Assembly (NCBI GenBank): GCA_025340205.1
Contig: CP006868.1
Location: 450,001 to 482,000 of the forward strand
Direction of reading: 5' to 3'
From: Ignicoccus pacificus DSM 13166
Lineage (GTDB): Archaea > Thermoproteota > Thermoprotei_A > Sulfolobales > Ignicoccaceae
DNA length: 32,000 bases
The notes beneath the pieces are model-generated. The model did not search any database. It was not told the origin of the DNA and saw only the letters and a list, made by a program, of their open reading frames with translations. A program made the position numbers and the translations under genes. Every line of letters starts with the position of its first letter. Positions within the stretch are counted from its first letter, which is position 1. Below, one piece after another: positions 26,700 to 32,000 of this stretch.

Positions 26700-27002
26700 T
26701 TAGAAGACTTTGTTACTTAGTGAATCCGACCTCCACGAGGCTCTACGGGTCTTCGCCCTCCTCACCTCCCTCAGCACCTCGTGGAGTTTCTTGGCGACTT
26801 CTTGATCACACTCGAAGAGTAAGGCCATTGCAAGCGTTATTTCCAAGTTGTTGAGTCTGTAGCGAGATCTCAAGATAGCGAGCAAGCCTTCGAACTTCGA
26901 GTGGGCGTTGATGCGGGAGGCGGAAAGGGGAAGGCCCAGGTAGTGGAGGGCTTGTTGCTTGAAGTTCCCGAGACAAGTGTGTACTTGTGCTGGGCTGTCC
27001 AC
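26700..27002 (-). CDS. Small element protein, member E of the shared-core family
   Basis: KFEGLLAILRSRYRLNNLEITLAMALL resembles the C-terminal core of 30976-31440. Competing overlapping frames make the start uncertain. Confidence 0.5.
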   Translation of the reverse strand: MDSPAQVHTCLGNFKQQALHYLGLPLSASRINAHSKFEGLLAILRSRYRLNNLEITLAMALLFECDQEVAKKLHEVLREVRRAKTRRASWRSDSLSNKVF

Positions 27003-27121
27003 CTTCGCTCACCGTTGCTCCGGAGGGTACCTCGTGTGCACCCGAAAGGAGGGCTCGCGGCGGAGCGCTTGTTCGTGTGGGGAAAGGCCCGGTGGTAGGG
27101 CAAGGCCGAAATCGTTCGGAT

Positions 27122-27480
27122 CCCCCCCCCCCCCCCGTTTAAGGACTTAAGGGGGTTTGTGTTTCACCAATTGATGGTCCCAGCTGGCCCAGAGGCCCAG
27201 CGCTTCTGGGGGATACCCGGGGCGAGTGAGAAAAACTGCGAGGGGGCCTCGGGGAAACCACTGGGCCTCTGGGCCCTCGTTTACCATCACATATTTACTT
27301 GGTGATTATGGTTTCACCAATGATCTGAAATCCAAATCACTAAGGTCTCCGCCGTCAAGGGCCCAGAAGGCCCAGCGGGGCCCAGTTGGGAGCTGGGCCC
27401 TGAACGGCAGCGGTGTTACGGTATCGAACTTAAAGGTACATCTCTAATCACTCCCCTCTCGATTTACGGAAGGGAGAGGG
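27122..27480. promoter_or_regulatory. Noncoding inverted-repeat-rich region, candidate replication origin or control region
   Basis: C15 tract at 27122-27136; 15-bp perfect IR at 27186-27200/27261-27275; GGGCCCAG/CTGGGCCC IR at 27378-27385/27393-27400; TTGGTGA/TCACCAA IR at 27299-27305/27314-27320; hairpin at 27454-27460/27474-27480. Confidence 0.5.
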
Positions 27481-27531
27481 AACGACTAGCGAGTGGTCCT
27501 GTTGGGCCCTCAGGAGGCTGAGAAGTTTGTT

Positions 27532-30453
27532 TCAGTTTAGTAATTCAGCGAGTTCTTCCGCCCCAACTTCCTCTTCCTTTAGCTTCAGCGAAATTATGAA
27601 GAGCGAGGTTGGTTCCAGATCGAGTTTGACTTTGTAACCTTTTTTAATGCTTCCGCAAAGCTTCACCTTACTCCTCTGCTCCCTCCTCTTCTTCAGTGCT
27701 CCCAACTCCTCCAACCACCTCGTAACGCTCAGCAACGCCACATTCTCTCCGTATCTCTTCCTTATCCAGTTGTTCACCTCCTCGAAGAAGTTCTTGTTTG
27801 CGAATAAGCAAACGTCGTTACCCTCCACGAACATTACCGCTCCGTTCTCTTCAAACGCAACGCAAGAGGGCGGATAGCCTTGAATTCCAGTAGGCCAATC
27901 GAGGGCCTCCTTGTCGTAAACGTAGAGCTCTAACTCCTTGATCTCCTTGTCCAACACCCTCCTTATGAACGAGTAGAACGCTTGTCTGTAGTCGAAGCTC
28001 TCCCTCCCGACGGCGCTCTCCGTCAGCCCCTCGAAATCTGGCTTGGGGAACGGCTCTAGTCCATACTCCTCATAGAGTTCCCTCCAAGCCTGGTAGCCTA
28101 GCTCAAGAAGTTCCAGTACCTTCCTCCTCCTCGGGAGCCCCTTGAGTTCCCTCTTCCTCTCTTCAAAGAGCTTTGCGAACTTCTCGAGGACCTTCAGGCC
28201 AACAGTCTTTACCGCCTTGATCCTCTCAAGGTCCATCGAGTCCGGGGTGAAACCCCTCGCCTTCTCAACATCTATCCCGTATTCAGCGCTCAAGTAGAGC
28301 CTCACGAACTTATCCTCCGAGTCCAGCCCTATCCTCAACCCCTCGTTGGCTGTCATCACTACGCCTCTCAAGTTAAGGTAGACTCCTTGGACCGTCGGTC
28401 CGCTTTTCTCTGCCATTACCACGTTGGTGGCTGCTCTGTGGAGCTCTTTCAAAGCCCTCTCGTCCATGTTGTGGGCCTCATCAAGAACCAGCAAGAGCTT
28501 GGCTTGGGCTAAAGCCTTCTGAGTCTCGTACTCGGTCCTTGGTAGAGCTGCGTCGGGCTCGACGTTGTTGAGTAAGGCCAAGAACTCCGCTATGGTGCTC
28601 TTACCTCCTCCCCTCTTACCCTCGATCACCAAGTGAGGGAGATAGCTCAGCTCCTTGCGGATTTCGTAAGCTAAGGCCAGAGCGGGGTAGAAGCTCAGAG
28701 CGAAGGCGGGAACCTCGTGGTCCTTGTAGCCCTCAACGAACCTCCTAACGACCTCAAGCCCCAGCTCGATATCTCCTTCGAGCTCAGGCTCCCACTTGTG
28801 AACGAACCTCCACCTCGGCCTGTAACCAGTCTCCCTCGCCAGCAGTAGTTTCCCTTCAACGAGCCAAGGTCCTACTGCGTACCAAGTCTCGACCTCCTCC
28901 TCAGCCATTTCCTCTATCAAACGTTTGAAGGCTTCCTTGTCGTCCAGGAAACTGAGCTGTTTGAGGTTGTTCGCTACGTCCTCTAGTGTCCCAACGAGTT
29001 CCAGCTCCTTGCCTTTGACCTCAAGTCTGACCGAGTAGTAGAGGCCCAAGTTTAGCGGGAGACCCTCGGGGAGTATCTTGATCAGTTTGACCTCCTTGGG
29101 GATAGCGCTTGTTATCAACCTAGCCTCGCCTTGGTTGTTGATGACGTAAACTCCTTCCCTCCCAGTCGTTACACTGCGCACAGCTTTGCCTTGTCTCCTC
29201 CTGAGCCAAGCGACCCCGGAGCCCCTCGCAATTCCCAAGATCCTCTTTATCGTATTGAGGACCTCTCCGACTTGCTTAGCGGCCTCTTCATCATCCAGTC
29301 CGTCCTCCTTCTTTATTTTGAGTAATTCCTCCCTCAGGCACTTGAGCCCGCAAAGGTTTACCCCTTGCCTCTTTTCATAGTGGTAGTCCACTTGGTAGAG
29401 TCTCTCGCTCTTCTCCTCATCGTCCTCAGCCAAGAGTTCGATTACCCTTCTGGCGCTCTCCTTCTCTATCCCGGCTTTTATCATGACTCCGAGCAAGTCC
29501 TTGACTATCTCGTGTCTGTGGCCAGGCTTGTAGAATGGCTTGACAATTTGCACCAACTCGAGAATCCTCGTGTTATCGAGACGTCTTAAAGGCTGGTGGC
29601 GACCCTTGACCGCGATGCCGTTCTTCGACCCCCTAATCGTATCGAGCGGAGGTAAGACCTCCTCGATGACGCTGGTGCTCACCGGTAGCGCTCCGTCCTT
29701 GATCCAGAACGTTGGTTTGGGCCACTCGTACTTCCAGTTGATCGTTCCGATGAGCCTCATGACCCTCGCCGGGTCCTTGATCCTCTCGTCGGCCGGGAGG
29801 CCGAACTCCTTCCCGAGCGCGATGAAGCGCTCCTGGTACTTCCTCCAATCGTTGGGCTTCACCGGATTGAGCAACGTAACGTAGAGGTGGAACCCTCCTC
29901 CACTGAAGGCGAAGTTGAAGTCTATGTCATTCTCCTCGAGGAACGCTAGAAACTCCGCTAGCTTCTCTAGGCTCTCTTCTTCAAACTTACCCTTGTAGTC
30001 TAGGTCGAGCACTAGGACGTTGAACTCTTTGACGTCCTCATTCGAGTGCCTCTTGTTGTAGGAGACCCAAGCTCTGAGCCTCTCATTGAGCTCGAAGTCA
30101 TTATCTTTCAGCTCCTCGAGCTTCACTATCCCAAGTGCCACGTAGGTCTCAGCGTTACCCAAGGCCTCAAGGAAGTCTCTATCCTCCAAGAGCTTTAGCA
30201 GATCACCCTTCCGCTCGAAGGCTAACGTTAGCGAGCCCCTCTCCTCCTTCTGCCAAATGATAACAGGCTTGTCCTCGTTCCCCGTTATCAGCCTCAAGTG
30301 TTCAACGATCTCGCTGGTCCTAACCTTGGGTTCTTCCCTAGTAGCCCGCTCGAGGGCTTCCTTGAGCCCCTTTGTCCAAACGTTAACTTTTTCAGGACCA
30401 TTGGACCCTTCGTTATCGGGTAGCTGCGAGGGGGAGGTGACTACGGCCGTCAT
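27532..30453 (-). CDS. Replication protein: N-terminal AEP primase fused to a C-terminal P-loop helicase/ATPase
   Basis: AEP-like VLVLDLDYKG and FAFSGGGFHLYVTL, DPARVMRLIGTINWKYEW; Walker A EGKRGGGKSTIAEFL and Walker B LLLVLDEAHN. ATG30453 overlaps the previous stop (ATGA). Confidence 0.85.
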   Translation of the reverse strand: MTAVVTSPSQLPDNEGSNGPEKVNVWTKGLKEALERATREEPKVRTSEIVEHLRLITGNEDKPVIIWQKEERGSLTLAFERKGDLLKLLEDRDFLEALGNAETYVALGIVKLEELKDNDFELNERLRAWVSYNKRHSNEDVKEFNVLVLDLDYKGKFEEESLEKLAEFLAFLEENDIDFNFAFSGGGFHLYVTLLNPVKPNDWRKYQERFIALGKEFGLPADERIKDPARVMRLIGTINWKYEWPKPTFWIKDGALPVSTSVIEEVLPPLDTIRGSKNGIAVKGRHQPLRRLDNTRILELVQIVKPFYKPGHRHEIVKDLLGVMIKAGIEKESARRVIELLAEDDEEKSERLYQVDYHYEKRQGVNLCGLKCLREELLKIKKEDGLDDEEAAKQVGEVLNTIKRILGIARGSGVAWLRRRQGKAVRSVTTGREGVYVINNQGEARLITSAIPKEVKLIKILPEGLPLNLGLYYSVRLEVKGKELELVGTLEDVANNLKQLSFLDDKEAFKRLIEEMAEEEVETWYAVGPWLVEGKLLLARETGYRPRWRFVHKWEPELEGDIELGLEVVRRFVEGYKDHEVPAFALSFYPALALAYEIRKELSYLPHLVIEGKRGGGKSTIAEFLALLNNVEPDAALPRTEYETQKALAQAKLLLVLDEAHNMDERALKELHRAATNVVMAEKSGPTVQGVYLNLRGVVMTANEGLRIGLDSEDKFVRLYLSAEYGIDVEKARGFTPDSMDLERIKAVKTVGLKVLEKFAKLFEERKRELKGLPRRRKVLELLELGYQAWRELYEEYGLEPFPKPDFEGLTESAVGRESFDYRQAFYSFIRRVLDKEIKELELYVYDKEALDWPTGIQGYPPSCVAFEENGAVMFVEGNDVCLFANKNFFEEVNNWIRKRYGENVALLSVTRWLEELGALKKRREQRSKVKLCGSIKKGYKVKLDLEPTSLFIISLKLKEEEVGAEELAELLN

Positions 30454-30656
30454 TGGTCCACCACCTCCTCTCCCTCCTTCAAGCTTCCGCACATCGCCTC
30501 GTACAACAGGAGAGCCCTCGTCACGACCTCGTTGTCCGCATGGCCGTGGAAGACGTAACCTTCGCACATCTCCCTCGCCATCTCCTCTGCTTCCTTCCTG
30601 AGCTCGGAACCAAGGTCCTTGAGGACTTCCTCGATACGTTGCTCGATCTCCTTCAT
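30450..30656 (-). CDS. Small element protein D, translationally coupled to rep
   Basis: 68 aa; ATGA overlaps on both sides. HADNEVVTRALLLYEAM partly resembles the shared core. Confidence 0.6.
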   Translation of the reverse strand: MKEIEQRIEEVLKDLGSELRKEAEEMAREMCEGYVFHGHADNEVVTRALLLYEAMCGSLKEGEEVVDQ

Positions 30657-30979
30657 TGCTTACACCTCCTCACAGCTCTCTTTAAGGCCTCCTTGGTGAG
30701 CGGAGTTTGAGGAAGCTCCTCGCCTTTGCAGATCCTTTCTACGAGCCTCTCGATCTCTAGCTCGTTCACCACCACTTCGGGCTCATAGCCCAAGCGCTTC
30801 AACTCCTTGTCGACGAGCCTCTCGAGAGTCTCCCTGAGGCTTTGGTCGTAAACCGTTGCGAGGAAGCAGAGCTTAGCGTGGAGCCCCTCGCTCGCTGGCA
30901 GAGTCTTAGGCTTTCCATTTATTACCTGGTACTTTGCCACAGTGGTGGCCGCGAGGTCGCGGAGCGCGGCTTTTCTCAC
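30653..30979 (-). CDS. Small element protein C, possible RHH-like DNA-binding protein
   Basis: 108 aa; GTGA overlap upstream, ATGA downstream; LHAKLCFLATVYDQSLRETLERLVDKEL. Confidence 0.55.
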   Translation of the reverse strand: MRKAALRDLAATTVAKYQVINGKPKTLPASEGLHAKLCFLATVYDQSLRETLERLVDKELKRLGYEPEVVVNELEIERLVERICKGEELPQTPLTKEALKRAVRRCKQ

Positions 30980-31440
30980 TGCGCCTCACCCCCAACCCTC
31001 TTGATTATCTCTTCTGCCTCCTTCAGCATCTTACACTTACTGAGCTTCTCGAGTAGGGCCTTGAGCTCGTCCTCGTGCTTCCTCATTATCTCCAGCAAGG
31101 CCTTAGTTATCGCCACGTTCGGTAGTCTGTGCTCTTTCCTCAGCTCGATTACCGCCTCTGCGAAGTCTCTCGCCACCTTGAGCTTGGTGAATTCCTTCTC
31201 TTCAAAAAAGCTCGAGAACTTCTCGCAGCTTTCTTGTTTTCCGGTCTTCACAGTTCCACCCGTATCTACCTGGGGTACCAGTGGTTGCTCATGGTGAGTC
31301 GAATCTTGCATCTCATTTCCCCTCACCCAACGTAGGGTACCTAGTCCGTTGCGCACGCTCCCTCCCGTATCCCCCAAGGGTACCAACCGCTCTGCCATGG
31401 TTACTCCCTCACCCTTACCGAGGGTACCATTGCTCACCAC
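30976..31440 (-). CDS. Small element protein B, shared-core family
   Basis: C-terminal core DFAEAVIELRKEHRLPNVAITKALLEIMRKHEDELKALLEKLSKCKMLKEAE. The N-terminal half overlaps the GGGTACC sites and may be partly noncoding. Confidence 0.6.
   Translation of the reverse strand: MVSNGTLGKGEGVTMAERLVPLGDTGGSVRNGLGTLRWVRGNEMQDSTHHEQPLVPQVDTGGTVKTGKQESCEKFSSFFEEKEFTKLKVARDFAEAVIELRKEHRLPNVAITKALLEIMRKHEDELKALLEKLSKCKMLKEAEEIIKRVGGEAQ
31274..31428. repeat. Cluster of four GGGTACC sites
   Basis: GGTACC cores at 31274-31279, 31336-31341, 31379-31384 and 31423-31428; further copies at 31750-31755 and 27026-27031. Confidence 0.85.
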
Positions 31441-31787
31441 TTCATCCTCGCCAAGCGACTATCCCACTTGTACACTTCTTTCGCCCTCAGCTTCTTGCAG
31501 AATCTGATGTCCTCGATGGTCTTCCTGAACTCCTCCTCGTGCCTCTTCAGGACGTAGTAAGCGGCCATAGTTACTGTGTGGTTCGTCGTGTTCAGCTCCT
31601 TCCTTAGCCTCAGCACCAGCAAGGCGAACCAGCTTGAAACGGTGAGCCTCGACTTGATTTCGAGCAAGTGGTCCTCCTCTTCGATGTCCTTGCACCTAGG
31701 GTGCTTCTGCCACTCGTACTCCTCCACAAGCATCCCCGCCCAGAGCTGGGGTACCAGTGCGCTAGCGGTGAAACGGAGTAGTCGCAT
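31434..31787 (-). CDS. Small element protein A, shared-core family; first gene of the Rep operon
   Basis: WFALLVLRLRKELNTTNHTVTMAAYYVLKRHEEEFRKTIEDIRFCKKLRAKE aligns with B; overlaps the B start. Confidence 0.6.
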   Translation of the reverse strand: MRLLRFTASALVPQLWAGMLVEEYEWQKHPRCKDIEEEDHLLEIKSRLTVSSWFALLVLRLRKELNTTNHTVTMAAYYVLKRHEEEFRKTIEDIRFCKKLRAKEVYKWDSRLARMKW

Positions 31788-31810
31788 TTTGATGGCGAGT
31801 ACTGGGACGA

Positions 31811-31850
31811 AAGGTCTGCCTAGCAGAGAAATTGGTTAGACCTTCGAAGG
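31811..31850. promoter_or_regulatory. Candidate operator/promoter region upstream of the leftward Rep operon
   Basis: IR AAGGTCT/AGACCTT at 31811-31817/31838-31844 and perfect palindrome CCTTCGAAGG at 31841-31850, just upstream of the first operon gene. Confidence 0.4.
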
Positions 31851-31926
31851 AAGCGGGCATAACGGTGAAACGGAAAGCTTCAGCTGGGAGCTCGCTTGAG
31901 TAAGAGGAGGAAAAGGAACTCGAGGG

Positions 31927-31987
31927 GGACTAGGACGCCGGCCTGCCACGCCGGAGATCCCGGGTTCAAATCCCGGCCGCCGCACCA
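31927..31987 (+). repeat. attR: 61-bp repeat, truncated tRNA-Gly lacking the 5' acceptor strand and part of the D arm
   Basis: Identical to 24075-24135; the sequences diverge immediately on both sides. Confidence 0.95.
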
Positions 31988-32000
31988 TTCTTCCTAATTA

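Larger units (their letters stand above)
24136..31987. mobile_element. Integrated plasmid/virus-like element, ~7.85 kb, inserted in tRNA-Gly(GCC)
   Basis: 61-bp exact direct repeat at 24075-24135 and 31927-31987. Between the copies lie an integrase adjacent to attL, a primase-helicase Rep and accessory ORFs. Confidence 0.93.

Noticed and set aside
26806-27103. Overlapping ORFs 26806..27012, 26870..27103 and 26901..27098
   Set aside because: They are rich in Pro, Ser and Arg without a domain pattern, whereas frame 26700..27002 carries the shared core; at most one frame is real.
27104-27531. Possible CRISPR array, because of repeated GGCCCAG and TTTCACCAA units
   Set aside because: The repeats are few, irregularly spaced and mostly inverted. 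No direct repeat-spacer periodicity is present here or elsewhere in the window.
29131-30601. Several forward ORFs opposite rep (29131..29325, 29540..29884, 30257..30601)
   Set aside because: Antisense to the clear primase-helicase coding frame; Ser/Leu-rich artefacts.
24136-31926. Possible transposon or casposon
   Set aside because: No terminal inverted repeats, Cas1 or transposase were recognised; the tRNA att duplication and integrase explain the boundaries.

Overview
The window is archaeal, and crenarchaeal-like on the basis of GINS, Taw3, THEP1, VapBC, HEPN/MNT and tRNA style (lineage is inference). Positions 1-24056 look like compact chromosomal backbone. They hold a THUMP protein fragment, an NSUN-type m5C methyltransferase, a HEPN/MNT pair, a nucleoside phosphorylase, thioredoxin, Taw3, a MobA-like protein, radical SAM, VapBC, PaaK-like, an SSS symporter, an enolase-superfamily enzyme, GINS, ThiC, THEP1, PadR, a CPBP protease, an ABC-2 exporter, an octaheme cytochrome c and two small exported CxxCH proteins. 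Positions 24136-31987 form a complete ~7.85 kb integrated element. It is bounded by a 61-bp exact direct repeat: an intact tRNA-Gly(GCC) gene at 24057-24135, with its 3' portion duplicated at 31927-31987. The element carries a tyrosine recombinase with an N-terminal HTH, a DUF3800-like cargo gene in an AT-rich patch, a ~1000 aa AEP-primase/helicase Rep protein, and a chain of overlapping small ORFs ending in Rep. It also has a noncoding, inverted-repeat-rich region that is a candidate origin. Two observations look most novel. One is a family of small element-encoded proteins sharing an F-x(6)-LR-x(5)-N-x(3)-T-x-A core. The other is six GGGTACC palindromic sites, five of them within ~490 bp. 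All functional calls come from motif reading by eye; no database search was run.
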